Shown piece by piece: positions 52,207 to 61,600 of a stretch of DNA of 64,000 nt. How positions within the stretch are numbered: position 1 is the stretch's first letter; each line of letters starts with the position of its first letter. The position numbers and the translations under genes are program-made. This DNA comes from an uncultured Rubripirellula sp. (GTDB lineage: Bacteria > Planctomycetota > Planctomycetia > Pirellulales > Pirellulaceae), in assembly GCA_938085445.1 (NCBI GenBank), contig CALKGR010000004.1, forward strand, positions 1 through 64,000, written 5' to 3'. The notes under the pieces are model-generated. The model worked only from the letters and a program-made list of their open reading frames with translations. It was not told where the DNA came from and did no database searches.

Positions 52207-53754
52207 TCAATTGGGTTTAACGGATCGGTTTTTGCTCTTCTGCTTGTTCTTCTGTTTACCCGAATCGCCAACAGGCCGACGCAAATTCAGTGGGGCCTGC
52301 TCAGTATTCTGAGCAACCTCATACCAACGGTTTTTCAGAGCTTCCAAATCACCAGGACGACTGCTGGCTAGGTCATTGAGTTCTGAACGATCAACAGCGA
52401 GGTCGTATAATTCCCATGGCCGTCCTTTGACCGAAACCGCCTTCAGATCTCCCTGACGTAGGGCGCGGTTATTGGAAAACTGAAAGTACAGCCAAGGATG
52501 CGGTTCACGCACATCGCCTGCAAAGATTGGCGTCAATGAGCGGCCCTGCACCGGGGTGATGCTACGCCCTTCGTAGGATACCGGGTAGTCCGTCTTTGCA
52601 AGCTCAACACAGGTCGCCATGAGATCTATCAAATGAGCTGGTTGATCGGTCACACTTCCCGGTTTCATCTTTACGCCTGGACCAGACACGATCATCGGTG
52701 ATGTGATCCCACCTTCATGCTGATTTTGCTTGTACCACCGAAACGGAGTATTGCCGACATGTGCCCAACCCACATCGTAAGTCCAATACGACTTTGGATC
52801 CCAGGGACGCAATTGCTTTCCACGAGTTCGCTCAAAAGGACAGGCTCCGTTATCACTGCAAAACATGACTAACGTATTTTCAGCTAGCCCTGAATCATTG
52901 AGACGCTTGAGCAAGCGTCCAATATTCTGATCCAAGCAATCCACCATTCCTGCATAAGCAGCCATTCGCTCCGATTCCCATTGACGCTCTTCTTCGGACA
53001 AATCCCTCCACGCAGAAACGCCCTCTGGCCTTGGTGAAAGCTTGGTGCCCTGAGGCAGTATGCCAAGTTGTTGCTGTTTCTCAAAACGTCGTTCTCTGAT
53101 CTTATCCCAACCAACATCATACCGACCCTCATACTTTCGAAAATCAGACTCTTTGACATGCAATGGATAATGTGGTGCGTTGTATGCCACATAAAGCAAA
53201 AATGGTTTCTGCTCTTCCTTGCTTTCGTCCAAAAACTTCAACGCGTAGTCGGTCTTCGCATCAGTGGTATAAAATCCTGTTGCCGGAACTTCAAATGGCT
53301 TTCCATTCAAACGAAACGTGTCATCTCCTGTGAAGAAGTTTGTCGCTCCGCTTAGGTGACCAAAATACCGATCGAAGCCACGTTCGGTCGGCTGACCATC
53401 AAGATGCCACTTGCCGACCATCATCGTTCGGTACCCCGCTGGCTTGAGCGCCTCCGCCAATGTCACTCCCCGGTCCATTTGTTGGTTGCCTGCTTGAAAC
53501 ATATACAAACCTGTCAGCAAACAGATTCGAGATGAGTGACATTTGGCAGTGTTGTAAAACTGGTTAAAACGCAAACCCTGGTTCGCCAGCCGATCGAGAT
53601 TTGGCGTCTCAATCTCTGCCCCATAACAGCCGAGGTCCGAGAAGCCGAGATCATCCGCCATGATCAACACAATATTGGGACGCGAATCAGCAGCTGTCAC
53701 CAAGCTGGAAATCGCGAAACAAAAAACAAAACCAAAAGCAATCAAGAAACGCAT
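52207..53754 (-). CDS. arylsulfatase (formylglycine-dependent, Cys type)
   Basis: PNIVLIMADDLG, CHSSR..LLTG, GKWHL, APHYP, SDNG, YKQ..HEGG, ELYDL. Confidence 0.95.
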   Translation of the reverse strand: MRFLIAFGFVFCFAISSLVTAADSRPNIVLIMADDLGFSDLGCYGAEIETPNLDRLANQGLRFNQFYNTAKCHSSRICLLTGLYMFQAGNQQMDRGVTLAEALKPAGYRTMMVGKWHLDGQPTERGFDRYFGHLSGATNFFTGDDTFRLNGKPFEVPATGFYTTDAKTDYALKFLDESKEEQKPFLLYVAYNAPHYPLHVKESDFRKYEGRYDVGWDKIRERRFEKQQQLGILPQGTKLSPRPEGVSAWRDLSEEERQWESERMAAYAGMVDCLDQNIGRLLKRLNDSGLAENTLVMFCSDNGACPFERTRGKQLRPWDPKSYWTYDVGWAHVGNTPFRWYKQNQHEGGITSPMIVSGPGVKMKPGSVTDQPAHLIDLMATCVELAKTDYPVSYEGRSITPVQGRSLTPIFAGDVREPHPWLYFQFSNNRALRQGDLKAVSVKGRPWELYDLAVDRSELNDLASSRPGDLEALKNRWYEVAQNTEQAPLNLRRPVGDSGKQKNKQKSKNRSVKPN

Positions 53755-54332
53755 AGTAAACCAATGAATGGCAGGTTATTTAATCGCTCAGCACGGCAAC
53801 TTAACCGCCTGACAACGCTCATCTCATAAGGCATCCGAAACTCAGCATCAAACAAATCTCGGGTCGGAAAATCTGGAACACACACTTCGAAGTCGACCGA
53901 GTTTTCAATCTTAACGCACGCCCACAGCATACTTTGCAACATACTATCCCATGAGCCACGAATCTTGCGTGCTAAAGTGAAATGCAATCACCGAAACCAC
54001 ACACTCTCTGGTCGGAGGATTAGAAGGCAAGCGTTTCAAACAACCATACTTTTTGCCTGACTCCTGTACCTTGATACGAATGTATCGTAATGCACTCTAA
54101 AATCGAAGGTGATGCGTATCCTACTCAGCCCAAAAGCAAAACGAAATGGTCGCGACGCAAGAACCACAACAAGAGACCACCTGCCCAGCCGAATACGGTG
54201 CTGCCACGATCGTGCCGGTGCTACCAACAATCAAGCTGCAGTGCAGATTGCCGCTGGCCAGCTTTTTGGCGGCCAGATTGTTGAACAAGTCTGCTTAGGT
54301 CACCGCCGGCGCATGATCCAGCCAGACTCCTA

Positions 54333-55088
54333 TCACTCTGATTTCTCATTTTGAATCTCAGAGTCGGCTCCCGCACAAGTAGTCGTAATGCACGCAGTTT
54401 CTCGAAGTTTGAATAACACAATCGCTGCACCAGCAAGATAGGCAAAGATACCGAAGATCCAGGCTGAAAAGAACTGTTTGGACTGTGGACTGTCCGACTC
54501 GACTGCCTGGAAGACCGACTCGGAAAAATCGCCCCAACCATGAATTCCAATTGGTACTGCCAGCATCAGCACGCCAAATAGCAAACGATGATGACTTCCC
54601 AGCCAACACTTGGCAGCAAAATACCCCATCACCAACTGCAAGCTCGCATGCCCTGCGACGATCGACAACAGACGGTTCAACGATACTGACCAAGGAGTCT
54701 CCGAAGCAAGCACAGCGGTGACATTTTCGATGGTCGTAAAACCGATGGCGACCGCAACTGCCACAGCAACGACTTCTGCATCTGTCCGAATTCGTACACC
54801 TTGAAACAGCTTGAAAGTCAACAAGAACCCCAAAAAGATGCAAAGCTCCTCCGAAACCGCTGCACCTAACACCTGCTGAACAAATGCTTTCTCATAGATT
54901 CCCGATAATCGATCACCTGCTCCTTCGATGATCGTTTCCATCAAATAGACAGGAACACAAGCTAAAACTCCCATAGCAACTCCTGCCCAAAGCACGACAA
55001 ACATCCGGCTATTGAACCGAAAAGCACCCACGAGCCCCAGTAAGACAAGGGTCGGAACCATTGAGATCAGAAGCGGAAAACTTTCCAT
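54333..55088 (-). CDS. PrsW family intramembrane metalloprotease
   Basis: SEELC, GFTTIEN, AGHA, IHGWGD; multiple TM helices. Confidence 0.82.
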   Translation of the reverse strand: MESFPLLISMVPTLVLLGLVGAFRFNSRMFVVLWAGVAMGVLACVPVYLMETIIEGAGDRLSGIYEKAFVQQVLGAAVSEELCIFLGFLLTFKLFQGVRIRTDAEVVAVAVAVAIGFTTIENVTAVLASETPWSVSLNRLLSIVAGHASLQLVMGYFAAKCWLGSHHRLLFGVLMLAVPIGIHGWGDFSESVFQAVESDSPQSKQFFSAWIFGIFAYLAGAAIVLFKLRETACITTTCAGADSEIQNEKSE

Positions 55089-55165
55089 TCAAGCACCCAA
55101 AATCACAACAAAAAACCTGAAACAGACCGCAGATCTGCGGAAAGAATCTTCCTGTCACGTAAAGT

Positions 55166-56587
55166 TCAATTCGCAACAAACTCAAGAATGCGAACAGCAT
55201 TCCCTTTGCTTGCTTGATGACTACTTTTTGCAACACGCATGGTCAGGCGATGAGCCCCGCGTTTCAGCCCGGTAGCCAACATCACCGTACGAGGGTAGTG
55301 CAAACCTTTGCTGAACCGGTGAAAAAGTTCTGCCATTTTGAAGTCCCCCCCATCGATCGAGTATTCCACACGACCGGCGTCCGGGCCTGCGAGAACATAC
55401 AGCCCAATAGCCTGCCCATCGAAATCAAGTGTCAGTTCAGCATTGGCATCATTGGTACATAGCATCTCAAGTTCGGTGAAACGTCCGCGTTTACCTCCCG
55501 GAATCGAATCCCAAGCGGGCACAGCGAACGCCCATGCACTATCGCAGTCGGCTTTTGCACCCGAAATCAGGGCTCCCTGCGAGTAACTCGCTGGATCGAG
55601 CGCACTTACCTGTTTGTGCGCGATTGGCTTGCGCTGCTCAAGTTGCTCGGCATCCGCCCATGCTGCATCGAACAACTGCTCGATCATGTCTGCAGCAATG
55701 CGATTTCCGGCTGGCTTGGGATGAGTTCCACCATACGTCTCCCAAGTCAATTGATCCGCCTGAATGCGTTCGGCAACTTCCCTGGCTAAGTCAATCGTCG
55801 ACACCCCATAATGCGCAGCCACGGTTTCATGGGCGGCACTGCTGACAGGTGTCTTCTTTTGTTTCAACAGCGCGAGCATTGGTGGATTCACAAAGTGCGT
55901 AACAACCATGTCCATTGCTGGATTCGTGACGCGAGCTTGCCGCAAAATACCCTCCATCCCGCGTCGGCACTCACGGTCCGCGTGTGAAGCATCCTGATCA
56001 TCATTGACCGCGAATTCCACGAAAACCAGATCAGGTTGTGCCGACAAAACATCGCGGCTCATACGATGGGCACCCGTTGTTGAACATGTTGAACTGATAC
56101 CCGCATTGACGAATTTGAAATTCGTGTCCGGAAAACGTCTTCTGAGGTTCTCCTCGACCATGACACGATAACCACTCATTTCAGTGATCGATCCCCCGAT
56201 GAATGCCACTGTGCCTTTCTTTTTACTGGCAAATGCAAACCACGAGTTATTGAAGTGATTTCGAAAATGAACGTTCGCAGAACGGTCTCCCGCTTCTGGC
56301 GATGTGTCGACATATCGACGCTGCAGCGCTGAACGCCTGAGGCTGCTGTACCTAGCAACGACGCCCTTGCCAAGACTTCCATCGTGACTCTGATTAAAAA
56401 AACCATGCCTAGCACCAAGAGATTCCACAAACTGACACGCATTCAACACTTTGTGTACAGAAGCAGGTTCTTGTGAAGACACCACCGACGGCACCACGTG
56501 AACAGCCACACCTTCTGGGCAGTCATCCGCCTGCGTAGTGGTAATTCTTAGAATCAGCAACAGCACAATGAAACAGGCAAATCGCAT
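55166..56587 (-). CDS. secreted SGNH/GDSL hydrolase family protein
   Basis: signal peptide, FIGGSIT, NAGISST, EFAVND, GTHP; C-terminal beta-sandwich. Confidence 0.85.
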   Translation of the reverse strand: MRFACFIVLLLILRITTTQADDCPEGVAVHVVPSVVSSQEPASVHKVLNACQFVESLGARHGFFNQSHDGSLGKGVVARYSSLRRSALQRRYVDTSPEAGDRSANVHFRNHFNNSWFAFASKKKGTVAFIGGSITEMSGYRVMVEENLRRRFPDTNFKFVNAGISSTCSTTGAHRMSRDVLSAQPDLVFVEFAVNDDQDASHADRECRRGMEGILRQARVTNPAMDMVVTHFVNPPMLALLKQKKTPVSSAAHETVAAHYGVSTIDLAREVAERIQADQLTWETYGGTHPKPAGNRIAADMIEQLFDAAWADAEQLEQRKPIAHKQVSALDPASYSQGALISGAKADCDSAWAFAVPAWDSIPGGKRGRFTELEMLCTNDANAELTLDFDGQAIGLYVLAGPDAGRVEYSIDGGDFKMAELFHRFSKGLHYPRTVMLATGLKRGAHRLTMRVAKSSHQASKGNAVRILEFVAN

Positions 56588-57031
56588 GGGACGCTCTCTA
56601 CGGTAACAACATTTTTCAAACTCACGAAGTTGACAGTCGTCACACACCAGTCGCAAGCGGGAAACAGCCAAAAGCTTACACCAATCTCAAGCTAGGCTTG
56701 GCCCACCAGAAGGTAATTTATGTCGGGGAAGTTGGCTTTACCGATCAAAACCCTCGCATCGAGCAGCAGCACAAATCTACGAGCAGCACCTTTCCAGCAG
56801 TGACACTAGGCGTGACATTCTCAAAACAGAAACGGATTTCAGCCCAAAAGACGTCCGTACCATCTCGAAAACACCTCACCACCTCTGACAAAATCGGAAA
56901 CAGCTTGTCCTGCAAAACGAGGTTCAGTCCGCTAGAATCAGGACACCTCAGTAGTCAGCGCGGACCTCGACGGCACATATCGCCGTCTCTCGTTTCGGCA
57001 AATCAATCTTATGATGGAAGATTCAGGCATC

Positions 57032-58513
57032 ATGTCAACTGACCAGATTTTAAATAGGCGTTTTCACAAACGCGGCGTTCTTTGGCTCACACCAGTCGCA
57101 ATTCTTGCTGCGTTTTGGCTCACCGCTGGAAACGAGTTACATGGTCAAGATCCAGCTCTCGAAGCATTCCGACTCATGCATGCCGAACTTCAGCAACAGA
57201 TGGCCGAAGACATCGATCAGGCGATAGTCTTTTTAGATGCTCAAGTGACGAAACAGCCGGAATCCTCGGACGTACAGGTTTTGCGTCATAGCCTTGGGTC
57301 AAAACTGGCTGAGGAAGCACGGTATGCCGACGCACTGACCCAATACCAAAAACTGCTTGAATTCCAGATCGCCCACCTCGCGGAACAAGACCAGCAATAT
57401 GGCGTGGGAATGACTCTACGAAGCCTTGATGAAATCAGCCAACTTGCAAATCGAGGCGAAGCCATGGACAAGGCTGTCGACAAAGCCCTTACAGCTTTCC
57501 AGGCATTACCTCCAGAGACTCCTCGTGCTTGGGATCCACTCTCCCAATTAGTGGTATTGAAGGCTCATTCATTGATTGAAGACGATCAAGCCGAAGCAGC
57601 AACGACGCTGATCGCCAAGCAAGCGCAGGCACTAGAGGATGCATGCAGCGACGCAGAAGCAACCGAAAACACCATGCTCGCCCACATTGCACTGCTGAAA
57701 AGGCTGACCAGCCCAAATCGAAATAATGACCCATGGAGAGACAAATCTATTGCAAAGCTGGAAATGGCGACCAGGACCGCTTTTGAACGTTTTCCAAAAT
57801 CCATGCGATTGCAAAACAATTACGCCGAAACTCAATATCTGATGATCACGCAATGGGGACAGGCTGACCCGGAAGCGAATGAGAAACGAATTGAAAGTGC
57901 ATTTGCAAAACTCAGCCTTCCAGCGATCTCCAATCGTTCGGTCAATGCAATCCTTCGCCGGATTGAGATACATCGCGAACGCATGCAGGCGGCGAAACCA
58001 GTAGCGACTCTAGTTGGCCAAATGGCACCAGAATGGGACATTGATGGCTGGGCAAATACAGTGGGAGTGACACGCAAGTCATTTGAGGGGCAAGTCGTTC
58101 TACTTGACTTTTGGGCGATGTGGTGTGGTCCTTGCATTGCCACCTTCCCGCACCTACGCGAATGGCGTGAGGAGTTCGGTGACCAAGGATTTGAGATCGT
58201 GGGTGTTACCCAGTATTACAACTTCGAATGGGATGACGAACAGAAGCGAGCCTCACGTGCCTCAGGTGAAGTCACGCCTTTACAAGAGAGAGAAACACTG
58301 GCGAGTTTTCTGGAACACCATCAACTCGAACACCCCGTCATGGTGGCTCCGAAAAATAGCGAAATGAGCAGTAACTACGGCGTCAAGGGAATCCCTCATG
58401 CTGTGCTCATCGACCGTGATGGCACCGTCCAACTCGTAAAAACTGGAGCAGGGCCAGACACAGCCAAAGCGATTTACGACAAGATCAAGGAGTTACTCGC
58501 GAAAGGTAAGTAG
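57032..58513 (+). CDS. TlpA/ResA-like thioredoxin family protein with TPR-like N-terminal region
   Basis: LLDFWAMWCGPC, YGVKGIPH..LIDRDG; N-terminal signal/TM; alternative start 57011. Confidence 0.88.
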   Translation: MSTDQILNRRFHKRGVLWLTPVAILAAFWLTAGNELHGQDPALEAFRLMHAELQQQMAEDIDQAIVFLDAQVTKQPESSDVQVLRHSLGSKLAEEARYADALTQYQKLLEFQIAHLAEQDQQYGVGMTLRSLDEISQLANRGEAMDKAVDKALTAFQALPPETPRAWDPLSQLVVLKAHSLIEDDQAEAATTLIAKQAQALEDACSDAEATENTMLAHIALLKRLTSPNRNNDPWRDKSIAKLEMATRTAFERFPKSMRLQNNYAETQYLMITQWGQADPEANEKRIESAFAKLSLPAISNRSVNAILRRIEIHRERMQAAKPVATLVGQMAPEWDIDGWANTVGVTRKSFEGQVVLLDFWAMWCGPCIATFPHLREWREEFGDQGFEIVGVTQYYNFEWDDEQKRASRASGEVTPLQERETLASFLEHHQLEHPVMVAPKNSEMSSNYGVKGIPHAVLIDRDGTVQLVKTGAGPDTAKAIYDKIKELLAKGK

Positions 58514-58670
58514 CGTTCCGGCTGAGAGAGTTGGGCTGGTTGTGTAGCACTTGTCAGGACCTCCGTAGGATTTATTGACCGCACGCAGATCCGCATTCAC
58601 GCCCTTAGTCAAAACAGAGACACTTCGCCGTCGTGAGCCCGCCACCGAAACACTCGCTGATGTCATAACA

Positions 58671-61600
58671 TCACCTTGCGAACCGCCCGCCTCTTGAAAA
58701 TGGCTGAGATTGTGTTCGCTGAGCTTGCGATGGTGCAGCAGCCTCGGGGCTGGATGCCAAGAACATGCGTTTTGAATATTGTGGGACCGTCACCATCAGT
58801 TGAGTCTGATCATCTTCGTCAAGCAGGTTATTCCCGGGATCACTATCCAGATCAGCTTGTTCATAAGACATGACCTGAAAATCAACGAGCGACATCCCAC
58901 GTTGCAGAGTTCGGGCCTGAAGTACAAGGGTCGCGACTGAGCCGGCCTCAATACTTCCGATCTGCCAAGTCTCCTCACTCTCTGGCAAACCATAAATGCC
59001 TCGCTGAGGAATGACACGCAGCAGTTCAAGGCCAGCTGGAATCGCGATGTCTGCAGTCACACCGGTAGCCGTATCCGGGCCATCGTTGGACACAGTGAAT
59101 GTCATTTCAACAATGTCACCCAGCGAAGGATCCGCATTGTCAGCGAAAGCGGATACTGAAATATCAATCAACTTGGGAGCAACGGCCACCGCACCGTAAT
59201 CGTTTTCGGATGTATCGCCATTATCAGGTGTGCTATTGGGATCGTACTGTTCTGATCGAATCACTTCGGCAGTAGTGATGATTGGTTGCTTTGAGTCGAC
59301 CACAACGACCAGTTGCATTGACGCGGCAGACTGTGCGGCAATGCTTGGTATATCCCACAACCCCAAAAATTCGTTGTACACACCGGCTCCATTGGCGACC
59401 CTGACAAAACCCAGACCGTCAGGCAGAATCGAACGCACTGTGACCTGGGTTGCATCGCTTGGACCGTCATTGAAGACAATCAGCGTATAAAACAGTTCCT
59501 CGTGCTGATTTGGGGTAGCATCACTTACGTCGATCAACACCCGAAGATCTGCGATCTGTGGGGTCACTGTGACAGCAGCATAGTCATCCTCAGTCACATC
59601 ACCGTTATTCGGTATTGAATCAATGTCCGGCTGGTCGCACTGAAACACCTCGGCCTCATTCACCAATGGATCTGGACTATCGATGCGGGCCTCGATTATC
59701 AACTGCGGCACCTCCCCCACACCAACTCCTCCAACTTGCCACAATCCCAGAGTGGGGTCATAGACTCCCTGGCTCGGCTTAATTTCCAGCACGAAGAAGC
59801 CGTCCGGCAATGCGTCGCGGACGATAACACCCGTTGCCGGAGAAGGACCTTGATTCGTGAGTTCAAGCGTGAAAGTGACGTTACCTCCAACATTCGGATT
59901 TGGATCATCCACGATCTTCGTTAAGGCCAAATCAACCAATTGTGGTGTGAGACTGACACTGGCCTGATCATCTTCCGTCGGATCATTGTTACCTGGTGTG
60001 CTGTCGGGGTCATATTGACTGGACGCAATCACTTCAGCAGTATTGATTTTCTCGCCAAGACTGCTAACGGCCACAGTGATATCCAGCTGCTCCTGACCGC
60101 CTTCTCCGATCGATGGAACTCGCCAGATCCCATTACCGGACGCGTTGTACGTCCCTGAGGTTGCCTCGTAAGAAACAAACGTTAACCCGGCAGGAATCTG
60201 ATCCAGCACTTGCACGTCCAAGGCTTCATCAGGGCCACCATTATGAAGCGTGACCGTGTAAACAACCTCCGTGAGCACGCCAGGATGGTCATCACTGACA
60301 GATTTCGTTACCGACAGATCAGCACTCGCAGTGGTGTTTGTAATCGAAGCCTGATCGTCTTCATCATTCCCGTTACCCTCAATCCCGTCATCGTTCCCGG
60401 GAGTACTATCAAAGTCGAACTGGTCGGCCGCGATCACCTCGGCACGATTCGTCCATGTCCCAGGCAACGTCACATCAGTGATGATCTCCAAAGTCGCCTC
60501 AGTCTGGGGCGCCAGAGATGGAACGGACCAGACACCATCTGAGAATGCCCCCACCGATGGATCACTGCTGGCAACGGTTACTCCACTGGGGAACTGGTCC
60601 TGTACTTTGATTCCCGTTGCCGTGTCCGGACCTGCGTTCGATACAGTGAGCGTGTAAGTGAGCTGACCGTTGACAGAAGGCCGGAATGGCTCGGCTTCCT
60701 TGTTGAGAGAAAGATCAATGATCGTTGGGCGAACAGACACAGCATCTTGATCATTCTCTCCCGGCACATTGTTACCGGGCGTAGAATTGGGGTCGGCCTG
60801 ATCAGAAGCTGTAATCTCCGCTGAATTCTCTTTGACACCGATACTCTCGACCTGCGCACCCAACTGCAGCGTGACCACTTCATTGGGATCAATCTGCCCG
60901 ATCGTCCAAACCCCTGTCCCACTGTCAAATGTTCCACGACTGGGTTGATCAGCACTGTACGCTAATCCATCTGGAAGTTGATCAGTCACAGCGACCCCCG
61001 TCGCGGCATCGGGGCCCAAGTTTGTGACCGTGATCGTGAACAAAGAAACTTGATTCACATCCGGCCGCTCATTATCGACTGACTTCACAAGCTGCAAATC
61101 CGCAACTTGAGGAGTGACAGTGGCAGACGCCTGATCATTCTCATTAGGATCATTGTTATTTGGTGAGGAATTAATGTCCGGCTGGTTGGCGGTAAGCACT
61201 TCCGCAACATTGTCCAACGTCCCCACCGCAGTAACTTCCGCCGTGAGATTCAACGTCAAAACTTCACCATTCGCGACCTGACCGACATCCCAAACTCCAC
61301 TTGAGGGGTTGTAGGAACCACGCGAAGCAATGTGACTCTTATAATTCAAGCCCGATGGCAGTGGATCCCGTACCGAAACCCCGGTCGCCTCAGTCACTCG
61401 CGAGTTGGCCAACGACACCGTAAAGTGCACCAAATCGCCGACATTAGGGCGCTCATTGTCGACCACTTTTGTGACTGACAGATCAATCTGCTGGCCAACA
61501 ACATTCACACTGGCTTGATCATCTTCACTTGGAACGTTGTTTCCCGGTGTTGCATCGGGATCCAATTGGTCGAGCGTTGCTACCTGAACAGTATTCGTTA

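Noticed and set aside
53520..53550. Sulfatase motif CHSSR lacking the Pro of CxPxR
   Set aside because: Cys and Arg are retained and such variants are common; it is not evidence of inactivity or novelty.
53990..54332. Short ORFs between the sulfatase and prsW
   Set aside because: Several overlapping 50-110 aa frames, none with an RBS or family signature I could support.
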